Source: Macrostomum lignano
Lineage: Eukaryota
Length of the DNA: 64,000 bases
Reading direction: 5' to 3'
Assembly (NCBI GenBank): GCA_002269645.1
Contig: NIVC01000939.1
Location: forward strand, 186,001 to 250,000
Positions 1-11,924 of the stretch are shown here, in pieces. Numbering within the stretch: the first letter of the stretch is position 1; each line of letters begins with the position of its first letter. The notes beneath the pieces were generated by a model. The model did not search any database, was not told the DNA's origin, and worked only from the letters and a program-made list of their open reading frames with translations. The position numbers and the translations under genes are program-made.

Positions 1-167
1 GTAAGGTATATTGGATGGCATATCATCATCAACGGAGCCTAAAAATAGATAAACTCTACCTTATTGGCAGTGTTAGGAACCCTAATATTGCATAAAAGGC
101 AGCCCTATTGCAGCGCATGGCTTAAGTACGCCAGACGCCTACACAACCTGCGCCACGCTGTGAAATG

Positions 168-277
168 ACTTACCTATGAAAGAAACTCTAAAGCAAAATT
201 AACGCAGTTTTGGGTAAACGGCAGGAGTAACTATGACTGTCTTATCAAGCCTAAATGCCTCGGCATCTAATTAGTAC
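168..277 (+). repeat. Dispersed repeat copy 1 containing a ~65-bp 28S rRNA-like segment (212-275)
   Basis: GGGTAAACGGCAGGAGTAACTATGACTGTCTTA...AAATGCCTCGGCATCTAATTAGT closely matches the conserved eukaryotic LSU sequence GGGTAAACGGCGGGAGTAACTATGACTCTCTTAAGGTAGCCAAATGCCTCGTCATCTAATTAGT. The flanks are not rRNA-like. Confidence 0.75.
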
Positions 278-1655
278 CGCGCCGCGCCGTACTAATCGCC
301 GCGCGCCGTACGCGCCGCGCCGCGCCGTATTAGATCCGCGCCGGACGCCGTCCGCCAAAATGCCCATGCGCTGCAATCAGGAAAGGCAGTTTACATATAG
401 ATAGGTTTGGCCTTGACCCCGCCTGAAATTCTTTAAACTTGCACCATTCAATCAGAAATTTTCCTATGATAGTATATCTATGTGTCTTGGCTTAAAAATT
501 GCTCAATGTTAAAGGGAATAAATATAAAAAAAACATGCTTTTTTGCAAAGGCCAAGCAGACTTTTTGACTTTAAATACATTGCAAGAATGCTAGATACAA
601 AACTGATTAGCTGAATTCTAATGCTACTAAAAATTGTATCATAATTATATATAATATCTATAGAAAAAAGAATAAGCTTGATTAGATAGAAACCATGGCA
701 ACAGAACCAAAACTGTTGACAATTTTCTAAAGATAAAAATATTAAGAAATTGATTTTCTTATTTAACAGTTCTTGAATCCAAGACATCTATGTTGTCTCA
801 AATCTAGAATTGTTGCATACTCTGTCTCCCCCTCTTTAAACCCTTTTCCCTAATGTCTAAAACTAGTATAGATTGTTATATTCAAAGATACCAACCCCTG
901 CAACAAATTAGACCAAATTTAGCATGGTTAACTATATAAGCAAATTAATTAAAAATATTAAAAAAATGAAAACAATTTAAATTTTGTTTTGCAAACCTCT
1001 TTTCTAAAGTTATGTATTAGTCAATCAAATTTTGAAATATCATTTTGTTATATCAACATAGTATATCAAGATTAATGAGCATTAATTTGAATGCTAGAAT
1101 TTTTTGTATCATTAGATATGTTTAATTGATTTCATCATTTTGAATATACTTTATGAAGCAATTAATGAGAGGACTAAATTAGAAAAATAGGAAAACTTAC
1201 AAAATTCTCTTGTAAAATATCTATAACTTTTGGCTTTTTATGTCTGCTTATAATATCCATGAATATAAATTAAATAATATATATTTAAATTAAGATTTTT
1301 AACATTTATAGGCTTTCAAAATATCACTAAAGTTCCTACTATGGGTTTGTATGATAATTTAGAGGAAATTAGATAATCTTTCAGTTTTAGTCTATTAATA
1401 CCATAGTTAGGATGGATTAAAGTAATTATTTGCTATTGCTCTGTGTGTACTATCTATATGCCAGAACTTTAGGGTCCTACATTTTTGTGTGCAAAACAAG
1501 ACACATTAAAACAATAATACAGGCATGGTTAGTAGAATAAGTAGTATTTGCTAATAATGGCTTGTATGGTTCTTAATTGTAGTAAAAAGTCAATGGGCTA
1601 ATTACATTTAATTTGTATGCAATACCCAAGTTTCCCATTCAACAACTTGTTGTAG

Positions 1656-4600
1656 ACAAGTCCCAGCGCGAGACTGCGCTTAACTTCCTGCAAGATGCAG
1701 CCAACCAGAATCTGGTGAGTTAGAGTTATTGGTGTGTGCAGCTGTGTTAATTATCCTGCCATTAGCAGCTGGATAAAACCCGGTGGGCCTCCCTGTTCCA
1801 GGTGCAATTCTTACGCCAGCTGTCCGAGATCCTGCGCGATGTCAACAACACCACCTTCGTCAGGATGCAGGCCGGCCTGCAGCTCAAGAACCAGCTGTAC
1901 TCCAAGAATAGCTCAGTCAGGATGCAGCTGGGCCAGCGGTGGCTCACCATTCCGGAGGCTGACAGGAGCTACATTAAAGAGAACGTAAGCTGTCATTCTT
2001 TACCTCTGTTTGAGTTATCCTGTTTGTCCATTGTCCTGTTTGATTGGGGCACACCAGCTCAGTGGTAAACCCATGAGGAATTTTTCGTGCGATTCGCACA
2101 CAGAGTGTACATGCCCGGCTATTAGAAAGTCAGGACTGTACAGCATGAGTGAGCGTGTACATCCTGAGTGAGCGTGTACATCCTGAGTGAGCGTGTACAT
2201 CCTGAGGGAGCGTGTACATCCTGAGTGAGCGTGTACAGCATGAGTGAGCGTGTACAGCATGAGTGAGCGTGTACATCCTGAGTGAGCGTGTACATCCTGA
2301 GTGAGCGTGTACAGCATGAGTGAGCGTGTACAGCATGAGTGCCGTGCCTGCTTACACTATTGTCGCGTTTGCATGCGCTCAGGAGCCAGCGGAATGGCAG
2401 AATCGCCTCAGCGCTGGACCTGGAAGTCACCTTGGCGCTGAAGTCACCTGTAAAAGATTTTCTAAGAAACGAAAAGCCGAGTATATGATGTGTAAAATGT
2501 AAAAAGCCTGTTTCATCTGCCATGTTGCTATGACATGTAAATTAAAATGCAATTGCGCGTCGCGTCTGAGGGCTGTGTGAGTTTTGTGCATAAACTGCCA
2601 GCGATGTAAGCTAAGCATATTTGATTGTGGTTAGAACGCAACTAAATAGGCTTACGTCACCCCTTCAGTGGAGCCCCAAATTGAACCTTGACCCGCCCCC
2701 CCGCAGTGCCTGCTCACCCTGGGCACGGAGGTGCAGAGCTCCGCCGCCCAGGCGGTGGCCTACATCGCCGTGATCGAGCTGCCAGCCGGGCAGTGGGCCA
2801 ACCTCATGCAGGTGCTGGTTGCTAACGTTGTGGACCAGGCCAGCACTCCGCTGAAGAAGCAGGCCACTCTACAGGCCATTGGCTACATCTGCCAGGATAT
2901 TGTGAGTTGTTTATCATGTTTTTATGCTTGCTGACATTTTTGCTACTTCAAGTTCGTCATCATTTTTAGGTAATTTAAATTTGTCAATTACATGTATGCT
3001 AGATTGGAAATCATATCATTATTCTCTAATATTGTTTTTCTACAACATATTTATCGAATATCATAATTCTCGAGTGTCATGATCTCGAATGTCATAATCA
3101 TACATGCGCAACCCCCCCCCCCTGATTTACACTTGCCGTGCGACTTAATTTTTGACCAAAAATGCAACTTACCTGTGAAAGAAACCCTAGAGCAAAAATT
3201 AACGCAATTGTAGGTAATTGGCAGGAGTAACTATAATTGTCTTATTAAGGCTGAATGCCTCGTCATCTAATTAGTACTACGCCAGTCGGCCATGTGTTGC
3301 GCATGTATGGTCATAATTCTTATAAGTATCACAATTCTCTATTATTTAATTTTTCGAATGTCATAATTGTGAAGTTTCATGCCAGGTAAGTCACCATTTG
3401 TTATTGAACTGCAGTCTACATCAGATTCCACCTGCTAAACGCCGCCCACCTCCCTCTGCCTCCCCGCCCCCCGCTCGCCGCCCTGCACTCGTCAAGATGG
3501 TAAGCTGCGGCTCTGTTAGGATTCTCCCTCTCCTTGACCTTTGTTATCACAATATTGACATTTTATTTGCTTTCGATGGCTTGCAGTTTCAATAATTGAT
3601 GCATTTACCTGTCAATCACTGCGTGCTTGCTGGCCAGTTGACCAACTGCCAGCTGTAGTTTGGTAGCAGCTATAACAGTTAATCTCTAATCCCCAATTAT
3701 GGCTATCCGACTTAAATCCTTTGATCTCATTGCCGGCTGCAGTTTGCCTAATCTGACTGAATTGGCTTGCGATTTGTTTATTAATTGTCATAATTCGGTT
3801 GCGTAGTGATCCGATATCTGCTGATATTTATTTCTACTGCATACTCTGGCTCATTAAATCGGCCAGCTTATTCCAATATTAATCCATTATGTTGTCAACG
3901 GTCTTAGAAATTGTCTCATTAGACTAGTTTTTCATACTGTTTATTTAGCAATTTTATACAGCTATTTTTTGCATTGCCTTGCTGTTGTGCCTACCTGTCT
4001 GCTGCATCTACCTGTCTGGGTGTGTCTGCCTGTCCACCTTAATTTAGACTGTGTACCCGATGGGAATCCCCCGATCCTCCTCATTGGAATCCCCAAGATC
4101 CTATCCTCCCATGAGAATCTCCCCGATCCTCCCCATGGGAATCCCCCCCCGATGCTCCTCATGGGAATTCCCCCGATCCTCCCCATGGGAATCCCCCCCG
4201 ATGCTCCTCATGGGAATCCCCCCGATCCTCCCCATGGGAATCCCCCGATCCTCCCCCATGGGAATCCCCCGATCCTCCTCATTGGAATCCCCAAGATCCT
4301 ATCCTCCCATGGAATCGCCCCTTAACAGATCCCACATGTGATCGACCCCTCCAACAGATCTTCCACATGGAATCGAATCCACCAGTATCCCAGCTCCATC
4401 AAGCCGCCCCCGCACCCCCAGGACCCGAACTTCCTGTCGGCGCAGAGCAACGAAATCCTCACGGCCATCGTGAACGGCATGAAGAAGGAGGAGCAGAACA
4501 GCAACGTGCGGCTGGCGGCTACGCAGGCCCTGCTCAACAGCCTGGAGTTCACCAAGCAGAACTTCGACATTGACGCGGAGCGGCACTACATCATGCAGGT

Positions 4601-7600
4601 GGTGTGCGAGGCCACCCAGTGCGCCGAGACCGGCATCAAAGTGGCCGCCCTGCAGTGCCTGGTCAAGATTATGAATCTGTATTATCAGTACATGGAGACC
4701 TATATGAACCAGGCCTTGTTTGCCGTGAGTACATTGGCTGCAATTATCTTAGCCGTATTCTTCTACTTATAGTAAGTAGTACAGTAAAATGTCATTTTGC
4801 AATCGGAGACTTAAAGAAGTGCCCCAGCCACCCGAGCAGTGCATCTGCGGCGCATGAAACCTGTCTCCTATATTAAAGCCATTTTGCTGCTTCTGCAGGC
4901 TGAGAACAACGGGGTTTTCCGCTGAGACTCTCATTTGTTATTCCCCGCTACTCTGACCTGCTACACGTTTTATTGTATTCATGTTTTATCTTTAAATTGC
5001 TAACATTTGCTTATCACATGGACTCTAAAAATCTGTCATTTTTAATTTTTAATTCAAGCTCCAGTCTTAATTGAATATCCAGGGTCCAGTCCCAATTGAA
5101 TATCCAGGGTCCAGTCCCAATTGAATATCCAGGGTCCAGTCCCAATTGAATATCCAGGGTCCAGTCCCAATTGAATATCCAGGGTCCAGTCCCAATTGAA
5201 TATCCAGGGTCCAGTCCCAATTGAATACCCAGGGTCCAGTCCCAATTGAATATCCAGGGTCCAGTCCCAATTGAATATCCAGGGTCCAGTCCCAATTGAA
5301 TACCCAGGGTCCAGTCTCAATTGAATATCCAGGGTCCAGTCCCAATTGACTATCCAGGGTCCAGTCCCAATTGAATACCCAGGGTCCAGTCCCAATTGAC
5401 TATCCAGGGTCCAGTTTCAATTGAATATCCAGGGTCCAGTCCCAATTGAATACCCAGGGTCCAGTCCCAATTGAATATCCAGGGTCCAGTCCCAATTAAA
5501 CATCCAGGGTCCAAACCAATCGCTAAATCCCCCGCACCTCAGATCACCTACGAGGCGATGAAGAGCGAGGTGGAAGAGGTGGCCCTGCAGGGCATCGAGT
5601 TCTGGTCCACCGTGTGCGAGGAGGAGATCGACCTGGCCATCGACGAGCAGGAGAGCGAGGAGAAGGGCCTGCCGCCCACCGTCAGCAGCAAGCACTACGC
5701 CCGCGGCGCCCTGCCCTACCTGGTGCCCATTCTCACCGCCACCCTCACCAGGCAGGAGGAGCAGGACGACGAGGACGACTGGGGCCCGTGCAAGGCGGCC
5801 ACGGTCTGCCTCATGCTGCTGGCCCAGTGCGCCGGCGATGCCATCGTGGGCGCCGTGTTGCCCTTCGTCAACGACCACATCCGGTCCGAGAACTGGCGCT
5901 TCCGGTGCGTGGCCTCCAGATGATCCTTGTGGACTAGGGATAATCCCTGTGTTCTAGTGGGTATTCAGTGTGGTGTTGGGTTAATCCATGTTGGCGGGGC
6001 ATGGGGATAATCCATGTGGGTTGGGGATTGTTAGCGGGGCATGGGGATAATCCATGTGGTTTGGGGATTGTTGGTGGGGCATGGGGATAATCCATGTGGG
6101 TTGGGGATTGTTGGCGGGTCATGGGGATAATCCATGTGGGTTGGGGATTGTTGGTGGGGCATGGGGATAATCCATGTGGGTTGGGGATTGTTAGCAGGAC
6201 ATGGGGATAATCCATGTGGGTTGGGGATTGTTGGCGGGTCATGGGGATAATCCATGTGGGTTGGGGATTGTTAGCAGGACATGGGGATAATCCATGTGGG
6301 TTGGGGATTGTTAGCAGGACATGGGGATAATCCATGTGGGTTGGGGATTGTTAGCAGGACATGGGGATAATCCATGTGGGTTGGGGATTGTTAGCAGGAC
6401 ATGGGGATAATCCATGTGGGTTGGGGATTGTTAGCGGGGCATGGGGATAATCCATGTGGGTTGGGGATTGTTAGCGGGGCATGGGGATAATCCATGTTTG
6501 CTTTGGATTCTTAGAGCTCTCCACGCCGACACCACTATTTTACAGCGACGCCGCCGTGATGTCGTTCGGGTGCATCCTGGAGGGCCCGGACCCCGACAAC
6601 CTGCGCAGCCTGGTTGAGAACGCCCTGCCCGTCATCATCGAGCTGCTGCGCGATCCGTCAAATGTTGTCCGCGACACCTCGGCCTGGACCATCGGCCGCG
6701 TGCTGGACACCCTGCCTGGCCTGGTGGTGCAGGAGAAGTTCCTCAACCCGCTGCTGCACGGCCTGGTGGAGGGCCTCGGGGCCGAGCCGCAGGTCGCTGC
6801 CAACGTCTGCTGGGCCTTCAGCAGCCTCGCCTCCGCCGCCTACGACCAGGCAGTCAGCCAGGTGAGGCGGCGCTGCTTGACTGAACCTCATTGTTTGCCA
6901 CAATTCTCCCCCTGAATCTTACTGTTTGCCACAATTCTCCCCCTGAATCTCACTTTTGCCACAATTCTCCCCCTGAATCTCACTTTTGCCACAATTCTCC
7001 CCCTGAGTCTCACTTTTGCCACAATTCTCCCCCCTGAATCTCACAGTTTGCCACAAACGCAACCTGAATCTCACTGTTTGCCACAAACGCCACCTGAATC
7101 TCACTGTTTGCCACAAACGCCACCTGAATCTCACTGTTTGCCACAAACGCCACCTGAATCTCACTGTTTGCCACAAACGCCACCTGAATCTCACCACCAG
7201 GCCGGCACGTCGGACAGCCGCAGCGCCCAGGTGGAGACCTACTGCCTGAGCGGCTTCTTCGAGCCGATCGTCGGCAAGCTGCTGGAGACAACGGACCGGC
7301 AGGAGGCAGGGCAGCACAACCTGCGCAACGCGGCCTACCACGCGCTGATGGAGATGCTGAAGCACTCGCCCAGGGACTGCTACGCCACCCTGCAGAAAAC
7401 CACGCTTATTGTGATGCAGCGGCTCAAGAGCATTCAGGCAAGGCCAGCGAACATGATTAGCCCAGTGGCGGATCTAGAGTTTCATTTTGGGGGGGGGGGG
7501 CGGTCCAAGTTTGGGGCGCCAACACGAGTGTAAGGGGCGCCAATTTTTAAGCTAGGGGGCGCAAAAAAGGCGTTTGGGGGCAAATAATCAAGTTTAGGGG

Positions 7601-10600
7601 GCGCAAATTTAGGTTTTTGGGAGGCGCAATATGTTCGGTCAAGCTCCCCCCCCTAAATCCGCCCCTGAGTATGCTGTGTTGCCCGTTGCAAACGTTATTG
7701 TGCCAGCAGTCGCTAAAGAGTCATTGCAAACTCACCACTGACTCTAGCGACTCTGGTACGACTCGTGTGACTTTCCAACTACTCAAACGACTGGTAATGT
7801 GATGGAGATGCGACTGTTGAGTCAGGGGCGCATCAACATGTGCTGAACTTTCTACTAACTCAAGTAGAATAAATAGAGTTGTTCATTAAGTGCCGCAGAT
7901 GCGCTTTAGACACAATTCAGTGATTCTACGGCGACTCTGGCTCGCCTCAGATACGACTCCACGGCCCCAGAGTCATTACAATAGTATCGCGCTAGAGTCA
8001 CTTGCGTCGCCATGACGACTTTTTGGCTCTTTTTACCGTGACATCTCGACTCTGGGCGAAGGACTCTGAAAGGAATCTGATTCTGAAAGGACTCTGGGCG
8101 AAGCAGGTGACCCTGGCAAATTTCTTGGCCTAGTTACCGTTTGCATCGGGTTGACTGGGTTCTGGGGAAAACAAATTCGCCGCGCTAAAAGTCCCAAACT
8201 GAGTCTGTTAGTCTGTTAGTCTGTTAGATTAAAATCGACTTGCATGTCGGAGTTCGTCTACTGATACGAGGTGAGTAGCAAGTATAGAGCGTGGCGCAAA
8301 AATCTTGCATGGCGGACAAAAAATTCTGTTCAGTCTAGCTAATGCTTGAAATTGGAATCTATATTAGGACAGAAATCGGTCCTGGCAGTGTCAACCGGGT
8401 TCGACTCCACTTTTGGCACACGGATAAACTTATTCAGCTTGAACCCAATCACCAACTACTTCAAGTAGCCAATCCAGTAGCAGCTATAAATATCATTGAA
8501 TTGTGCTTTTTCTCCAACCATCCGTATAGGACGTGGCCGACAAGCTGCAGACCTCGCATGACCGGGCCCAGCTGAACGAGCTGCAGAGCATGCTGTGCGC
8601 CACCCTGCAGTCCGTGCTGCACAAGATCGACCGCAACGATGCGCCCAACATTGCCGACGCTGTCATGGAGCTGCTGCTCCGGATGCTCACCCAGCAGCAG
8701 GTGCAGCAGCACCAGCCCGCCGACGATGAGGCTGAGCAGCAGAGCGGCGTGCAGGAGGACGCCCTGCTGGCCATGGCCGCCCTGGTGGACTGCCTTGGCG
8801 AGGACTTCATCAAGTACATGGAGGTCTTCAAGCCGGTGCTGCTCTCCTGCCTGCGCTCCGTTACTGAAACCCAGGTAGACAATTCAGCTCCCGTTTCTTG
8901 TGGCTTGCTGGCCAGTCAGCTGTGGAACTGCCAGGCTCCCAGATCCTCAGTTGCTGGGCCACCAGCCTCCCAGATCCTCAGTTGCTGGGCCAGCCTCCCA
9001 GATCCTCAGTTGCTAGGCCAGCCTCCCAGATCCTCAGTTGCTAGGCCAGTCTCCCAGATCCTCAGTTGCTGGGCCAGCCTCCCAGATCCTTAGTTGCTGG
9101 GCCAGCCTCCCAGATCCTCAGTTGCTGGACCACCAGCCTCCCAGATCCTCAGTTGCTGGGCCAGCCTCCCAGATCCTTAGTTGCTGGGCCACCAGCCTCC
9201 CAGATCCTCAGTTGCTGGGCCAGCCTCCCAGATCCTTAGTTGCTGGGCCAGCCTCCCAGATCCTCAGTTGCTGGGCCACCAGCATCCCATATCCTCAGTT
9301 GCTAGGCCAGCCTCCCATATCCTCAGTTGCTGGGCCAGCCTCCCAGATCCTTAGTTGCTGGGCCAGCCTCCCAGATCCTCAGTTTCTGGGCCACCAGCCT
9401 CCCAGATCCTCAGTTGCTGGGCCAGCCTCCCAGATCCTCAGTTGCTGGGCCAGCCTCCCAGATCCTCAGGTGCTGGGCCACCAGCCTCCCAGATCCTCAA
9501 TTGCTAGGCCAGTCTCCCAGATCCTCAGTTGCTAGGCCAGTCTCCCAGATCCTCAGTTGCTAGGCCAGTCTCCCAGATCCTCAGTTGCTAGGCCAGCCTC
9601 CCATATCCTCAGTTGCTGGGCCAGCCTCCCAGATCCTTAGTTGCTGGGCCAGCCTCCCAGATCCTTAGTTGCTGTGCCAGCCTCCCAGATCCTCAGTTGC
9701 GGGGCCACCAGCATCCCATATCCTCAGTTGCTAGGCCAGCCTCCCATATCCTCAGTTGCTGGGCCAGCCTTCCATATCCTCAGTTGCTAGGCCAGCCTCC
9801 CATATCCTCAGTTGCTGGGCCACCAGCCTCCCATATCCTCAGTTGCTAGGCCAGCCTCCCATATCCTCAGTTGCTAGGCCAGCCTCCCATATCCTCAGTT
9901 GCTGGGCCAGCCTCCCAGATCCTTAGTTGCTAGGCCAGCCTCCCATATCCTCAGTTGCTGGGCCAGCCTCCCAGATCCTCAGTTGCTGGGCCAGCCTCCT
10001 AAATCCTCATTTACTAGTCAATCTGAGTCACTTATTCGTGGATTAATGCTCTAAAGCTTAGTCCTGTAACGCATCTTTCGGGGGGGCGTAGCCTAGTTGT
10101 CTAGCGTGGCATTCTGGTGTGCCATCGTCCCAGGCTCGATTCCAAGTGCAGTCATTAATTTGGGGCTAAATTTGAATCCCAAGGCACAATAAAGTGTACA
10201 TACCTAACGACAAATAAAGTTACGGCCGCTGTACACCCATGTGAGTGTGTGCCTGTGCGTATCCGCGCACTTGTGTGCCTGCTCAGGGGAGTCGGCAGAA
10301 TAGGCAGTAATGCCTCTTGTCGGCTGTGTCCTGTGTGACAAAGTCGCTTAAAGAACGCACCTCCCGTCGCTGCCAGATCTGCATGAACGCAGTCGGCCTG
10401 CTTGGCGACCTCTGCCGCGCCCTCGGCGAGCGCATCGCTCCCTACACTGACGAGATCTTCGTCATCCTGGTGGAGCTGCTCAGCTCGCAGGCCGTCGACC
10501 AGAGCGTGAAGCCCAGCGTGATCAGCGCCTTCTCCGACTTCTCCCTGGCTCTGGGCCCGGGCTTCTTCAAGTTCCTGGAGATCGTCATCAACACCCTGCA

Positions 10601-11909
10601 GCAGGCCAGCCAGGCCCAGGTGGACGTGAGCAACCCGGACCAGGTGGACTACCTGAACGAGCTGCGCGAGGCCTGCCTGGAGGCCTACACCGGCATTGTG
10701 CAGGGCCTGAAGGGCAACGGGCCGACTCCGCACACTCAGGAGCTGCGCTCCATCCAGCCGGCTGTGCAGCCCATGCTGCACTTCATTGCCATGGTTGCTC
10801 GCGACCCCGTCTCCACTGACGAGGTGCTCGGCTGCGCCTGCGGCCTGCTGGGGTGAGACTTGAGCTGTTGAGAAATTTTCTGTTGGATAGAGGGGCTCTG
10901 TTCTGTCAGTTTCCTGACCTATATCTGGATCTCAGTAGATAAGCTAATATTGCCAGTAGATATTGCTCAGATTGTCAGTAGATAAGCTCATATTGCCAGT
11001 AGATAAGCTCAGATTGTCAGTAGATAAGCTCAGATTGCCAGTAGATAAGCTCAGATTGTCAGTAGATAATCTCAGAGGCACATTGTCAATAGATAAGCTG
11101 AGATTGTCAGTAGGTAAGCTCAGATTGTCAGTAGATAAGCTCAGATTGTCAGTAGATAAGCTGAGATTATCAGTAGGTAAGCTCAGATCGTCAGTAGATA
11201 AGCTCAGATTGTCAGTAGATAAGCTCAGATTGTCAGTAGATAAGCTGAGATTATCAGTAGGTAAGCTCAGATCGTCAGTAGATAAGCTCAGATTGCCAGT
11301 AGATAAGCTCAGATTGCCAGTAGATAAGCTCAGATTGCCAGTAGATAAGCTGAGATTGTCAGTAGATAAGCTCAGATTGCCAGTAGATAAGCTCAGATTG
11401 TCAGTAGATAATCTCAGAGGCACATTGTCAGTAGATAAGCTCAGATTGTGAGTAGATAAGCTCAGATTGCCAGTAGATAAGCTCAGATTGTCAGTAGATA
11501 ATCTCAGAGGCACATTGTCAGTAGATAAGCTTTTATTGTCAGTAGGTAAGCTCATATTGCCAGTAGATAAGCTCATATTGCCAGTAGATAAGCTCAGATT
11601 GCCAGTAGATAAGCTCAGATTGTCAGTAGGTAAGCTCAGCTTGTTTACACAGATAAGCTTGATTACACAGAAGATAAGCTGGTTTACTTTGCAACTCAGC
11701 GGCTGGTCTCAGTGAGCCTCAACTCCCCTGTCCGCCATCGCAGTGACCTGGTGACCGCCTACGGCGCCGACCTGCTGCCCGCCGTCAGCGACGACGTTTT
11801 CAGCGCCATGCTGCAGAAGTGCCGCCGCAGCAAGGTGTCAAAGGCGAAGACCCTGGCCGTGTGGACCACCAAGGAGATTCGCAAGCTGAAGAACCTGCAG
11901 ACGGCCTGA
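1656..11909 (+). CDS. KPNB1: Importin subunit beta-1 (karyopherin beta 1), spliced; 5' coding exon lies upstream of the window
   Basis: Exons read by hand: 1656-1714, 1802-1984, 2707-2901, 4422-4724, 5543-5904, 6546-6861, 7201-7437, 8530-8874, 10377-10852, 11744-11909 (TGA); all phases compatible. Recognisable motifs: [18 protein letters not shown]|[41 protein letters not shown], acidic loop [31 protein letters not shown]-terminal [18 protein letters not shown]. The first visible exon is phase 1 and the window begins with GTAAGG, plausibly the intron-1 donor. Confidence 0.96.
2136..2340. repeat. 19-bp minisatellite (TGAGTGAGCGTGTACATCC / ...ACAGCA) in a KPNB1 intron
   Basis: About 10 visible tandem copies. 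Confidence 0.9.
3168..3277 (+). repeat. Dispersed repeat copy 2 with the 28S rRNA-like segment
   Basis: Aligns with 168-277 over both the non-rRNA leader (ACTTACCT.TGAAAGAAAC.CTA.AGCAAAA.TTAACGCA) and the rRNA-like part. Confidence 0.7.
4060..4320. repeat. ~23-25-bp C-rich minisatellite (CCCCGATCCTCCTCATGGGAAT) in a KPNB1 intron
   Basis: Degenerate tandem copies. Confidence 0.85.
5058..5515. repeat. 25-bp minisatellite (GAATATCCAGGGTCCAGTCCCAATT) in a KPNB1 intron
   Basis: About 18 copies, decaying into the acceptor at 5542. Confidence 0.95.
5985..6496. repeat. 40-bp minisatellite (ATGGGGATAATCCATGTGGGTTGGGGATTGTTAGCAGGAC) in a KPNB1 intron
   Basis: About 13 copies. Confidence 0.95.
6893..7194. 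repeat. ~30-bp minisatellite (TTGCCACAAACGCCACCTGAATCTCACTGT) in a KPNB1 intron
   Basis: About 10 copies in two sub-types; the last copy runs directly into the 3' splice site (TCTCACCACCAG, 7200). Confidence 0.95.
7463..7667. mobile_element. Small MITE-like element with 15-bp terminal inverted repeats
   Basis: Left end CAGTGGCGGATCTAG; right end CTAAATCCGCCCCTG (reverse complement CAGGGGCGGATTTAG); internal GGGGCGC subrepeats; no clear target-site duplication. Confidence 0.6.
8930..10010. repeat. 28-bp minisatellite (GCTGGGCCAGCCTCCCAGATCCTCAGTT) in a KPNB1 intron
   Basis: About 35-38 copies with variants; the same family recurs at 63360-64000. Confidence 0.95.
10082..10353 (+). mobile_element. 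tRNA-derived SINE-like element, copy 1
   Basis: Head GGGGGCGTAGCCTAGTTG (A-box-like) and GGCTCGATTCC (B-box-like); the body aligns with 47583-47930 through GTCGCTTAAAG. Confidence 0.7.
10933..11640. repeat. 21-bp minisatellite (CAGTAGATAAGCTCAGATTGT) in the last KPNB1 intron
   Basis: About 33 copies. Confidence 0.95.
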
Positions 11910-11918
11910 GCGCAGTTC

Positions 11919-11924
11919 AATAAA
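11919..11924 (+). terminator. Candidate polyadenylation signal AATAAA of KPNB1
   Basis: AATAAA 9 nt after the stop codon; a second AATAAA occurs near 12448. Which one is used is unknown. Confidence 0.4.

Noticed and set aside
2400-2560. Possible piggyBac C-terminal Cys-rich remnant (CKRFSKKRK...C..CKKPV...CHVAMTC)
   Set aside because: Needs two frameshifts, with no TIR/TTAA or catalytic domain nearby; too weak without an HMM search.
10082-10160. Functional tRNA genes at the SINE heads (also 22120-22194 and 47583-47660)
   Set aside because: The cloverleaf stems are broken and the heads continue into shared non-tRNA bodies.
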